From NCBI GenBank assembly GCA_046758265.1, contig JBHHZX010000001.1, positions 1 to 37,529 on the forward strand: 37,529 nucleotides of DNA, written 5' to 3'. This DNA comes from Phycisphaerae bacterium. GTDB taxonomy: Bacteria; Planctomycetota; Phycisphaerae; UBA1845; Fen-1342. Below, piece after piece: positions 26,417 to 35,253 of the stretch (position 1 is its first letter; each line of letters starts with the position of its first letter). The position numbers and the translations under genes were made by a program. The notes under the pieces were generated by a model, which was not told the DNA's origin, searched no databases, and saw nothing but the letters and a program-made list of their open reading frames with translations.

Positions 26417-26436
26417 CCTAAACGTTTTGGTACAAT
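26417..26436 (+). promoter_or_regulatory. Candidate LacI-type operator (cctaaacgttttgg) abutting a -10-like tacaat
   Basis: A 14-bp imperfect palindrome centred on CG (12 of 14 positions symmetric) is followed immediately by tacaat (26431-26436). This lies 42 nt upstream of ATG 26478 of the dehydrogenase/ABC operon. Related AAACGTT sites are at 25163-25172, 18558-18567 and 18772-18781. Confidence 0.3.
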
Positions 26437-26477
26437 CCGGGTCTCGAAGCTTTGGCGCCTGCAGTGAGGAACGGACC

Positions 26478-27521
26478 ATGCAACGTGAGTTGTTAATCGA
26501 GGCGCCCGGAAAAATCGCTTTCCGACCCGCCCCGCTGCCGCCGCACCCGGCTCCCGGAATGATTCGCGCCCGCAGCCTGCTGACTGGCATCAGCCACGGC
26601 ACCGAAATGACGTTCTTTCGGGGCACGACCCCCTTCGACGCGAAGGAGCTCGATCCCGAAAAACGCATCTGCGTTCCGCGCTCCCGGGAGAGCAGCTTCT
26701 ACCCTTGCCGGGCCGGCTACGACAATGTGGCGGTCGTTGAGGCCGTCGGCGACGGCGTCGATGGTTTTGCGACCGGTCAAACGATCTGGTCTGGCGCACA
26801 GCATTGCGAGCGCTTTGACATTCCCGCCGAGCGGGCCCGCCGCCTGCCCGACCGGATGACGCCGGAGGACGCCGTGCTGTGGAACCTGGGTGGCGTCGCA
26901 ATGACCGCCGTGCACGATGTGCGGCCTCTGCTCGGCGACCGCGTCGCGGTCTTCGGGCTCGGCGCGATCGGGCTCATTGCCGTGCAACTGCTCAAGCTCG
27001 GTGGCGCCGAAAGCGTTTACGCGATCGACCCCATTGCGTTGCGTCGGGAAACCGCATTGAAGTTAGGTGTCACGGCGGTGCTCGATCCGAGCGCGCAGGA
27101 CGTCGGTGAAGCGATTCACCGCGTAGCCGGCAGCCAGGTGGAACGCGCGATCGAAGTAAGCGGGGCCTATGCCGGGTTGGCCGGCGCGCTGCGCGTCACG
27201 CGCCCGGGCGGCGAGGTCATCACCGCCGGGTACTATACCGGCGATGCCGTCGGTCTGCGGCTCGGCGAGGAGTTTCATCACAACCGCTTGACGATCAAGG
27301 CCTCCATGAGCGTCTGGGGCAACGCCTATCGTGAGTCGCCGCTTTGGAATCGCGAGCGGGCCATGGACTACTTCGGTCAACTGGTTTCGAGCGGCCGTGT
27401 TAGGCTGGCAGGCATGGTTACTCATCGCATTCCGTTCCAAAATGCGCAAGAGGCTTTTGAGCTCGTCCGCGACCACCCCGAGGAGTGTATCACGGTGTGT
27501 CTGGACTATTGCGAGTCGTGA
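26478..27521 (+). CDS. Zinc-type medium-chain dehydrogenase/reductase (MDR) family oxidoreductase
   Basis: MQRELLIEAPGKIAFRP.., ..GISHGTE.., Rossmann motif ..VAVFGLGAIGLIAVQLLKLGGA.., ..AIEVSG... GAGGAA precedes ATG 26478. The track ORF extends upstream to 26262, overlapping lacI. Confidence 0.85.
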   Translation: MQRELLIEAPGKIAFRPAPLPPHPAPGMIRARSLLTGISHGTEMTFFRGTTPFDAKELDPEKRICVPRSRESSFYPCRAGYDNVAVVEAVGDGVDGFATGQTIWSGAQHCERFDIPAERARRLPDRMTPEDAVLWNLGGVAMTAVHDVRPLLGDRVAVFGLGAIGLIAVQLLKLGGAESVYAIDPIALRRETALKLGVTAVLDPSAQDVGEAIHRVAGSQVERAIEVSGAYAGLAGALRVTRPGGEVITAGYYTGDAVGLRLGEEFHHNRLTIKASMSVWGNAYRESPLWNRERAMDYFGQLVSSGRVRLAGMVTHRIPFQNAQEAFELVRDHPEECITVCLDYCES

Positions 27522-27624
27522 GGCTCCGGCTGGTGCGGCCTGAGACCGACCGTGGCGCGTTGATTCGGCGACGGCGCGGCCTGCGGTCGCAAGCCCGACT
27601 GTCCGGCGGAAAGAGTATTCGAGC

Positions 27625-28911
27625 GTGCGAGTTATCGTCGCAGTCCTAATCGCCGGTCTCCTCCTTGCCGGCTGGCTGGCCGTCGATCGCCGCGGAAACA
27701 TCGAGACCCGCGCCGTGATCCACTACGCCTACTGGATCGGCGTGCCAACCGAGAAGCTTGCCAACGAAACGATTGTCGCCGAATTCGAACGCCGCAACCC
27801 GGATATCAAGGTCGAGGTGCACCATCACCCGTGGGCCGCGTACTTCACAAAGCTCTACGTCGGGCTGGCTAGCGATACCGCACCGGATGTTTTCCGCATG
27901 TCGTACGGCTACCTTCCCGATTACGCGGCGCATGGGGCGCTGCTCCCGCTCGATGATTTGATCGCCGCCGACGACTCATTCAGCCTGGACGAACTGTTTC
28001 CCGGGCCGTTCGAATCCTGTCACTGGGATAATCATCAACTGATGATGCCGGTGGACTACCCGGCGTACATCGTCTTTTACAACAAGGAGCTGTTTGATCT
28101 CGCCGGGGTACGATATCCACGCGACGATTGGACCCACGAAGAATTCCTGCAAACCGCGCTCCGGCTGCGCGACGGCTTTCGGCGTGCGGGCCGGGTCGAT
28201 CATTGGGCCGTCACCGGTCTCTACTTTCCCAGTTGGGTCCATGAGTTTGGCGGGCAAATCCTCGACCGGGAACGAATGGTGTGCACGATCGACTCCCCGG
28301 AGTCGATTCACGCCATCCAGTTCCTGCACGACCTGGTGCATGCGTACGATGTGGCGGTTTCGGATGCGCGGGCCGTCCAACGCGTGGCGGACCTCTTCGC
28401 GGCCGGTCGCGTCGCGATGAGCTTTGGTGAATCCTACATGATCGAAAGGTATCGGCGCGAATGCAGCTTTGATTGGGACATCACCTACCGGCCCAAGGGT
28501 GTCCGGCGCACCGGAAAGGCCCTGGCGGTCGGCCTGGGGATCTGGTCGCGCACGCGGCACCGCGAGGCCGCCTGGCGATTGGTGAAGTTCTTCGTTTCCC
28601 CGTTCGCGCAGGAGGTCTACGCGAAGACCGGTGCCCTGACTCCGATCCGCAAATCGGTGGCCCATTCGTCCCTATTCCTCCCGGAAGCCGGCCGCAAGCC
28701 TGCCAACAAGGCAATCCTGACACAGATGGAGGACACCTACCTGGCGAACTGGATGTGCCTGCAATGGGGCCAGCTCCGCCTGGAACTGTATCACGAGATA
28801 CTCCCTGCCATCACCAACCCGGCCACCCCGGAGCAGATCGCCGAAGCCTGCCGGCGCGCCGCCGCGAGCGCCAATCGGGTGCTGGACGAGGCCTATCGCC
28901 GTGAGCAGTAG
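27625..28911 (+). CDS. ABC transporter extracellular solute-binding protein (family 1, carbohydrate type)
   Basis: N-terminal transmembrane/signal anchor MRVIVAVLIAGLLLAGWLA. Typical SBP_bac_1 features (..FERRNPDIKVEV.., ..PDVFRM.., ..MPVDYPAYIVFYNKELFD..). Followed by two permease genes. Confidence 0.85.
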   Translation: MRVIVAVLIAGLLLAGWLAVDRRGNIETRAVIHYAYWIGVPTEKLANETIVAEFERRNPDIKVEVHHHPWAAYFTKLYVGLASDTAPDVFRMSYGYLPDYAAHGALLPLDDLIAADDSFSLDELFPGPFESCHWDNHQLMMPVDYPAYIVFYNKELFDLAGVRYPRDDWTHEEFLQTALRLRDGFRRAGRVDHWAVTGLYFPSWVHEFGGQILDRERMVCTIDSPESIHAIQFLHDLVHAYDVAVSDARAVQRVADLFAAGRVAMSFGESYMIERYRRECSFDWDITYRPKGVRRTGKALAVGLGIWSRTRHREAAWRLVKFFVSPFAQEVYAKTGALTPIRKSVAHSSLFLPEAGRKPANKAILTQMEDTYLANWMCLQWGQLRLELYHEILPAITNPATPEQIAEACRRAAASANRVLDEAYRREQ

Positions 28912-29815
28912 CAGCGCAGCCGCGGCAACGCTCGACCTGCGGGAAGGTCGCACCGACTGGGCGGGCTACCTCTTCATCTTGCCCAACTTCCTGGGATTCC
29001 TGGCGTTCAGCTTTCTCCCCATATTCGTTTCGCTCGCGCTGGCGTTCATGCGCTGCAGCCTGCTGGACGAGCCCCGCTTTGTCGGCCTGCAGAACTTTCG
29101 CGCCATCCTCACGGACCCGAAGTTCTGGAAATACGCCTGGAACACCGTCTTCCTTATGTTCGGTATCCCGCTGAACATTACCGCCAGCCTCATCTTGGCG
29201 TTGCTGCTGGACCGGAAAAGGCGCGGCGTCGTGCTCTTCCGCACGATCTACTTCTTACCCACCGTGGCCAGCGGCGTGGCGGTCTTCATCCTCTGGACGT
29301 GGGTGCTGCGTGCGGATGCGGGGCTTCTCAACAACCTTTTAGCCCGGGTCGGCCTCGCCGGACCGAATTGGCTGAATGATCCGGCGTGGATCAAGCCGGG
29401 CATGGTCCTGGTCGGGCTCTGGATCAGCGCCGGCGGCATCAACATGCTGCTGTACCTGGCGGCCCTGCAGAATGTCCCGCAAGAACTGTATGAGGCGGCC
29501 CAGATCGACGGGGCTGGCGCTCGGGCGCAGTTCTTTCACATTACCTGGCCGCTCATCTGGCCGACCACGTTTTTCATCCTGATTATGGCCCTCATCGCCG
29601 GTTTTCAGGGCGGATTCGACATGGTCTATGTCATGACCGACGGTTCCGGCGGCCCGGGAGGCGCGGCCGTTACGATTGATTTCCATATTTACCAGAATGC
29701 GTATGTGAATCTGAAGTTGGGCTACGCCTCGGCGATCGCGTGGCTGCTGTTTGTGGCGGTTCTATTCTTTACGCTGATCGCCTGGCGGTTCGGGGCGCGG
29801 CGCGCCCAGTTCTGA
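28901..29815 (+). CDS. Carbohydrate ABC transporter permease (MalF/UgpA-like)
   Basis: Six predicted transmembrane helices. EAA-loop region ..LQNVPQELYEAAQIDGAGARAQFFHITWPLIWP... The GTG start overlaps the SBP stop. Confidence 0.9.
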   Translation: MSSSSAAAATLDLREGRTDWAGYLFILPNFLGFLAFSFLPIFVSLALAFMRCSLLDEPRFVGLQNFRAILTDPKFWKYAWNTVFLMFGIPLNITASLILALLLDRKRRGVVLFRTIYFLPTVASGVAVFILWTWVLRADAGLLNNLLARVGLAGPNWLNDPAWIKPGMVLVGLWISAGGINMLLYLAALQNVPQELYEAAQIDGAGARAQFFHITWPLIWPTTFFILIMALIAGFQGGFDMVYVMTDGSGGPGGAAVTIDFHIYQNAYVNLKLGYASAIAWLLFVAVLFFTLIAWRFGARRAQF

Positions 29816-29816
29816 G

Positions 29817-30734
29817 ATGAATCCGGTGCGAAACGGCTCCGCGGGCAGTCACTTCATCTGGTATCTGGCCCTGGCCACGGTCGGGATCACGATGCTGCTG
29901 CCGCTTCTGCTGATACTTGGCGTGAGCGTCATGCCGCCGGAAGAGGCCATGAAGCAGCTCGTGCCGCGAAATGCCACGCTGGAAAACTATTCACAGGTGT
30001 TCGAGGCGGTACCGCTGGGTCGGGCGTACGTTAATTCGGTAGTCGTCAGCACGGTGATTACCCTGGGCCAGGTCATTACATGCAGCTTGGCCGCATTCGC
30101 GTTCGCACGGCTGCAGTTTCCTGCCCGCGATAAGCTTTTCTTCTGCTATCTTGCGACAATGATGATTCCTGCTTCAGTAGTGATGATCCCCGTCTTCATG
30201 ATCAACATATATCTACCCAAATTGCTCAACGAAGCGCTCAGTCCTACCGCCATGTGGTTTTCCGCGGAGCTTTACCTGCTCAAGCAGCACTACTTGGGTC
30301 GCCTGTTCGGCATCGACTCATTCTTCGCCTTGATTGTGCCCTCGCTCTTCAGCGCCTGGGGTACGTTCATGCTCAGGCAATTCTTCCTATCGCTTCCCAA
30401 AGACCTGGAGGACGCCGCACGGATCGACGGCTGCGGTGCTTTTGGCATCTATCGGCACGTCGTGGTCCCGCTCAGCAAGCCCGCCCTGGCGACGCTGGCG
30501 ATCTACACATTTATGGGAAGCTGGAAGGCGTTTCTCTGGCCGCTGATCATCACCGAGCGTAACGAGATGCGGACGCTGCCGGTAATCCTGCAACTCCTGA
30601 AGGGGGAGGTCGCCACCGACTGGGGCGTATTGATGGCCGGCATGGTGGTCGGGCTCGTGCCGACTCTGATCGTATTCGTGGCGGGTCAGCGATTCTTCGT
30701 GAAGGGGATCCAACTCGGCGCGATCAAGGGGTAG
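29817..30734 (+). CDS. Carbohydrate ABC transporter permease (MalG/UgpE-like)
   Basis: EAA-loop ..LPKDLEDAARIDGCGAFGIYRHVVVPLSKPAL... Starts 1 nt after the preceding stop. Confidence 0.9.
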   Translation: MNPVRNGSAGSHFIWYLALATVGITMLLPLLLILGVSVMPPEEAMKQLVPRNATLENYSQVFEAVPLGRAYVNSVVVSTVITLGQVITCSLAAFAFARLQFPARDKLFFCYLATMMIPASVVMIPVFMINIYLPKLLNEALSPTAMWFSAELYLLKQHYLGRLFGIDSFFALIVPSLFSAWGTFMLRQFFLSLPKDLEDAARIDGCGAFGIYRHVVVPLSKPALATLAIYTFMGSWKAFLWPLIITERNEMRTLPVILQLLKGEVATDWGVLMAGMVVGLVPTLIVFVAGQRFFVKGIQLGAIKG

Positions 30735-31330
30735 TCGCCCGGCAGCGAAAAGCCCGCTCGTACCGCGGGTGAACGGGCCGTCCTTTACAAGACGCTTGTG
30801 CTCACTGGGCTCCGCAGAGCCGAGCTTGGCTCGTTGACGGTCGGGCGATGCATGCTCGACGGGCCGACGCCGCATATTGTGCTGAACGCCGCCGAGGAAA
30901 AGAACCGCGAAGGGAACTCCGTCCCGCTGCGGACCGATCTGGCGGCGGACCTGTCCCGACACCTTGCTGAGCGCCTGCGCGACGCACAGCGGGCCGCGAA
31001 ACGCGAAAACCGGCCCATTCCTGCGCGGCTGTCGCCAACCGAACCGCTGCTGTACGTGCCGAGCGGGCTTCTACAAATTCTGAACCGGGACCCTACGGCA
31101 GCGGGCATTCCGTAGCGCGACGACCGAGGCCGCACACTCGACGTTCACGCTTTGCGGACTACGTTCGGCTCGCTGTTGAGCCGGGCGGGCGTGGCGTTGC
31201 GGATGGCACAAGCGGCGATGCGGCATTCGGATCCGTCGCTCACCGCGAACGTCTACACCGATCCGCGCTTGCTCGGCGTAGCCGGGGCGGTGAATTCGCT
31301 TCCCGGTCTGCCGCTCGACGATTCGCCAAG
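30735..31330 (+). pseudogene. Tyrosine recombinase/integrase remnant: N-terminal half missing, in-frame TAG
   Basis: The frame continuing directly after the permease stop reads ..RAVLYKTLVLTGLRRAELGSL.. (box I Arg) ... GIP* (TAG 31113-31115) RDDRGRTLDVHALRTTFGSLL..AQAAMRHSDPSLTANVYTD (H-x-x-R, H, catalytic Tyr at 31254-31256). The core-binding/N-terminal domain is absent. The 3' end points at the 3' end of tRNA-Ala. Confidence 0.75.
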
Positions 31331-31544
31331 CGCCGAGCGTGCCAAGGCGACCGGCACTTACGCGCATAGTTTCGTTGCACCAAATGTTGCACCAAACGCG
31401 GGCAATTCCGGTCAATGTTCGGGCACTGCTGGCAAAGCGGGCGATGCCACACCGACGCAAGCGGCCGCACTGGGTGCTGCGGTAACTGGCGATGCTGTCG
31501 GCGGTAAGCAACGGCTGTCAAACGCTGCCGAAGGCGGTGAAGAA

Positions 31545-31617
<73 letters not shown>

Positions 31618-31641
31618 AGGGTGATTCGGATTACAGGGGGA

Positions 31642-31714
31642 TGGTGAGGGGCGGATTCGAACCGCCGACACAGGGATTTTCAGTCCCTTGCTCTACCAAC
31701 TGAGCTACCCCACC
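31642..31714 (-). tRNA. tRNA-Phe (anticodon GAA)
   Basis: The reverse complement is GGTGGGGTAGCTCAGTTGGTAGAGCAAGGGACTGAAAATCCCTGTGTCGGCGGTTCGAATCCGCCCCTCACCA. It folds as a canonical cloverleaf with the anticodon loop CTGAAAA. Confidence 0.93.
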
Positions 31715-31893
31715 AAATGTCGGCTCACATCGCCGCTCGAGTAGTATAGCAAACTACGTCGCTTTGGCCTAATCGTCAAGCCCGGCCCTGGCAGCGTAAC
31801 CCCCGCGCCGGTACCGGTCGGAACTCTTTTAGCTGGAAGATCTTGCGCGTGCCGGACCCGCTGGCGCCGCGCCCGAGCCGCGTTCGCGTTCGA

Positions 31894-32916
31894 TCACTCT
31901 GCCGGCACCGACTTCGGCCTCTTGCGCGCGAACAGAAGCCCGATCTCGAAGAGCAGAATCATGGCTCCGGAAAGCAGCACGTGGCTGATCAAATCGGCCG
32001 GCGCGATCATCCCCGCGATGATGACGGTCACCAGGATCACCACTTTGCGGTACTTGCGGAACGTCTCGAGCGGGACGATGCCGGTACGGACCAGAAAGAC
32101 CACGACCAGCGGCATCTGGAACGCCAGCCCGAACGCCACCGTCAGCACGAGCACGAATGTCAGGTACTCGCCGAGCTTGAAGTGCGTCGTGACCAAAGGC
32201 TGCCGCTCGTCGCGGCGCAGTCGCACGGAGTACGTTTCTTCGGCGCCCTCGTACTTTAGCTTGCGCTCCGTCGCGTTGAACCAGACCATGCCCGCCGGCG
32301 GGTCGTTGGGATCTTCCGCGAAAGTCGGCACCTTTAGCGCTTCGACGATCGTCGGCTGCGTGCTTGGTGCCGTCGCGTTGTCAACACCGAGCAGGGCTTC
32401 TTCCAGGATGGTCGGGCTGGAGTTTGGCAGCGACAGCCAGCCGCTGAACCCCACCAGAAAGTTCAGAGCGAGCAGCAGCACAAACAGGTACATGAAGACG
32501 ACGCCGGTTATGAACAGGCCGACGCTGATCGGCACGAGCTTGTGGACCCATTTTTTTTCGTGCTTGTAGAGCCCGGCGGCAACGAAGCTCCAGACCTGGT
32601 GGATGATGTACGGCGCGGAGATGACCAGACCCGCGAAGACAACCACTTTGATGTAGACCAGCAGGATCTCGATCGGCTGGGTTTGAAGGAAATTGGCCGT
32701 CTGGTCGTGCTTGTCCAGGATGAGCTGGTAGGGACGCGCCAGCAGCATCAGCAGGTACTTCGCGGGCCAGATGCAAAGCAGGCACGCCGCCACGAACGCG
32801 AGCAGGCTGCGTACCAGGCAGCCACGCAATTCGTCCAAGTGCTCGCTGATCGTCATGCGCCGCTGGTCGCTCGACTCGCGCTCTTCTGCTGATGACGACG
32901 CCATGTCGAGCATCAT
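31894..32916 (-). CDS. tatC: Twin-arginine translocase subunit TatC, with an enlarged loop between TM4 and TM5
   Basis: ..MTISEHLDELRGCLVRSLL.., ..LQTQPIEILLVYIKV.., ..GEYLTFVLVLTVAFGLAFQMPLVVVFLVRTGIV.., ..YRKVVILVTVIIAGMIAPADLISHVLL.. are canonical TatC blocks. The start was chosen at ATG 32916 (ORF opens at 33048; 32913 and 32904 are also possible). Confidence 0.9.
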   Translation of the reverse strand: MMLDMASSSAEERESSDQRRMTISEHLDELRGCLVRSLLAFVAACLLCIWPAKYLLMLLARPYQLILDKHDQTANFLQTQPIEILLVYIKVVVFAGLVISAPYIIHQVWSFVAAGLYKHEKKWVHKLVPISVGLFITGVVFMYLFVLLLALNFLVGFSGWLSLPNSSPTILEEALLGVDNATAPSTQPTIVEALKVPTFAEDPNDPPAGMVWFNATERKLKYEGAEETYSVRLRRDERQPLVTTHFKLGEYLTFVLVLTVAFGLAFQMPLVVVFLVRTGIVPLETFRKYRKVVILVTVIIAGMIAPADLISHVLLSGAMILLFEIGLLFARKRPKSVPAE

Positions 32917-33105
32917 ACCGACCGCTGGCAAAGCGTACAGCGGGCCGGAGTTGCCCAACCTCGGTACGGGCTTTCGGGCCTTTCTCGCGGCCGGCGCGCC
33001 GCAGCCGAATCCTGCCATCCAACGCGCGTCTCCAGCCCTGGCAAACACTCGCGGGCCTTCTCCTAGAAATGCTAGAACAAGGGGCTATGATTCCACCGAA
33101 CGACG

Positions 33106-34722
33106 ATGAGCAGACGCTCCTCCCCGGAAGACCACCCGGCAAACCTACCCGCATCCTTGCAGTGGGCGCTCGCCTTTTTGCCGGAGTACTTCTCCGATCA
33201 GCCCGCCCCGTTTCACGCCGAGTTGATGCGCGACCTGGAGGCCCCTGAGCACCGCCTGATCGCCCGTGTCGCCCCGCGCGGGCACGCCAAGAGTACCTGC
33301 GCCGCCTTCGCCTATCCGCTCTGGTGCGTCTGTGAGCGGCGACGGCGCAACATTGTCATCATCACGCACGAAGCCTCGCTCGCGACCCAGTTCGCCCGCG
33401 ACATTCGCAATGAGCTGGAGACGAACGGGCGAATCCTTGACGCGTATGGGGATTTGTGCACGCTGGAAGCGACGGAGCAACGCAGCGACGAAGCGACGAA
33501 GGGACAGCGACGAAGGGACAGCGGGAGGAAAGGGTGCAGAAGAGATCAGAGCCCGAAGCGCAAGCGCGGGACCACCCCTCGAGTGGCGCGGAAACCCCTC
33601 GCTCGCGCGTCGGGCGCGGATTGCGTGAAGGTGAAGCGGCGCACTCGAACGAAGTGGTCGGAGGCGATGTTCACGACCGCCCCCGGCATCACCGTCCAGG
33701 CCAAGGGCTCGGGGGCGGGCCTGCGCGGCGCGCGGGTCGGCCCGTATCGCCCCGACCTGATCATCTGCGACGACATCGAGAAAGACGAGCACGTCGCCGC
33801 GCCCGCGGGACGCCGGAAGCTCGCGCATTGGCTACGGCGGGTGGTAATGCCGGCCCTGGCACCTGATGGGCAACTGCTCGTGCTGGGGTCGATCATTCAC
33901 TATGACTCGCTACTGGCGAACCTCTGCGACAAGCAGCGCTTCCCGCGCTGGAACTACAGGGTCTACCGCGCGCTGGAAGCAGAACAAGCCGATGACGGAC
34001 ACTACTACCGGGTTGCCCTCTGGCCCGCCCGCTGGCCGGTCGAGCGGCTCGATGAGGAGCGGGAGCGCATCGGCACCCTGGCGTTCGAGCAGGAATACCA
34101 GGCCAACCCGATCGATGACTCCATCCGCGTCTTCCGCCCCGAGTGGCTCAAGCGCTACGACCCTAGCGAACTCGTCGAGCGGAACCTGATCACCCTGATG
34201 GCGGTGGACCCGGCCACCGGCGTCAGCGGCGGTGACTTCTTCGCCATCTGGGTCGGCAGCCTCGATCGAACTACAGGTATCATCTACACCCGCCAACTGA
34301 TGCTCGAACGCATCGGCATCGTCGAGCAGGTCAAGCGCATCGTCGCCGCGTTCCAGCGCTGGCGACCGCTCAAGATCGGCATCGAGACCGTCGCCTACCA
34401 GGTCGCGCTCAAGCAGATTCTCGAAGAGCACAGCCGCAAGCAGCGCCTGTACATGCCGATCGTGCCGATCCAGACGACGGCCAACAAGCGCGCGCGCATC
34501 GAGGGCACGTCGCCCTTTTACGAAAACGGCACGTTCCGCCTGCCGCTGACGCTCGATCCCGAGATCGAGAGCCAGTTCCTGCACTTTCCGAAAGCCCGGC
34601 ATGACGACGCCCCGGACGTCTGCGCCATGGGCATCGAGCTGGCTCGCTCACTCCGCGCAGGCACAGACTTCGAAGGCACGACCGCCGAGCGGAATCCGTT
34701 TTCTCGACGGGGAGGTTGGTGA
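33106..34722 (+). CDS. Phage terminase large subunit-like protein (ATPase plus RNase-H-like nuclease), orphan
   Basis: Walker A-like ..VAPRGHAKST.., Walker B ..RPDLIICDDIE.., nuclease-domain acidic motifs ..LMAVDPATGVSGGDFFAIWV.., ..IGIETVAYQ.., ..KARHDDAPDV... I saw no portal, capsid or small-terminase gene nearby. Confidence 0.8.
   Translation: MSRRSSPEDHPANLPASLQWALAFLPEYFSDQPAPFHAELMRDLEAPEHRLIARVAPRGHAKSTCAAFAYPLWCVCERRRRNIVIITHEASLATQFARDIRNELETNGRILDAYGDLCTLEATEQRSDEATKGQRRRDSGRKGCRRDQSPKRKRGTTPRVARKPLARASGADCVKVKRRTRTKWSEAMFTTAPGITVQAKGSGAGLRGARVGPYRPDLIICDDIEKDEHVAAPAGRRKLAHWLRRVVMPALAPDGQLLVLGSIIHYDSLLANLCDKQRFPRWNYRVYRALEAEQADDGHYYRVALWPARWPVERLDEERERIGTLAFEQEYQANPIDDSIRVFRPEWLKRYDPSELVERNLITLMAVDPATGVSGGDFFAIWVGSLDRTTGIIYTRQLMLERIGIVEQVKRIVAAFQRWRPLKIGIETVAYQVALKQILEEHSRKQRLYMPIVPIQTTANKRARIEGTSPFYENGTFRLPLTLDPEIESQFLHFPKARHDDAPDVCAMGIELARSLRAGTDFEGTTAERNPFSRRGGW
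33551..33615. repeat. Imperfect palindromic repeat embedded in-frame in the terminase gene
   Basis: gcccgaagcgcaagcg (33551-33566) pairs with cgctcgcgcgtcgggc (33600-33615), with 14 of 16 positions complementary. It is preceded by the tandem 14-mers gcgacgaagggaca x2 (33493-33520). The region translates to a basic low-complexity stretch. Confidence 0.45.
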
Positions 34723-34980
34723 GGTCAAGGTGCTGCGTAGGCACAAGCTGTTGGGTTGCAGCCCGCGTGCCATCCAACATCTTGTAGCAAAAGTGTTGGA
34801 GGCGAAGCCAATCGAGCGCTAAATGCGCTGGAGCAAGCAACCTGACCGTTCCGTTTCGCATGATACAGGCTTGGAGAGACTGCTGTAACGCGTTAATAAT
34901 TGGTGGGTGAACAACCGACCGCGTGCCCTGAGTTGTGCCTGTCCGTCCAAAAGCGTGTTAGAGCGACAAGAGGAAATCAC

Positions 34981-35235
34981 ATGAACGAGAGCAAGCCCGC
35001 CGTCGTCGTTTCGACGAAAAGCCCGGGGATTGCGATTCTCCTCACAATCCTGTTCGGCCCGATCGGCATGTTCTATTCCACGATAGCTGGTGCTATCGTC
35101 ATGTGCCTAGTGAGCCTGGTCGTCGGAGTATTGACCCTTGGCCTCGGCTTGCTGATCACTTGGCCAGTCTGCATAGTGTGGGCGGCTCTAGCGGCCAGCG
35201 CATACAACAAGAAAATCCTCCCCCAAGGCCGATGA
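34981..35235 (+). CDS. Small membrane protein (TM2-like pattern), hypothetical
   Basis: 84 aa from ATG 34981, with GAGGAA upstream. The sequence MNESKPAVVVSTKSPGIAILLTILFGPIGMFYS..LVVGVLTLGLGLLITWPVCIVWAALAASAY has 2-3 hydrophobic helices. Confidence 0.5.
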   Translation: MNESKPAVVVSTKSPGIAILLTILFGPIGMFYSTIAGAIVMCLVSLVVGVLTLGLGLLITWPVCIVWAALAASAYNKKILPQGR

Positions 35236-35253
35236 GAACAGGGGTGGTCTAAC

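Noticed and set aside
33145-34602. Minus-strand ORFs 33145..33828 and 33910..34602 antisense to the terminase
   Set aside because: They are Arg/Ala/Gly-rich shadow frames. The plus frame has terminase ATPase and nuclease motifs.
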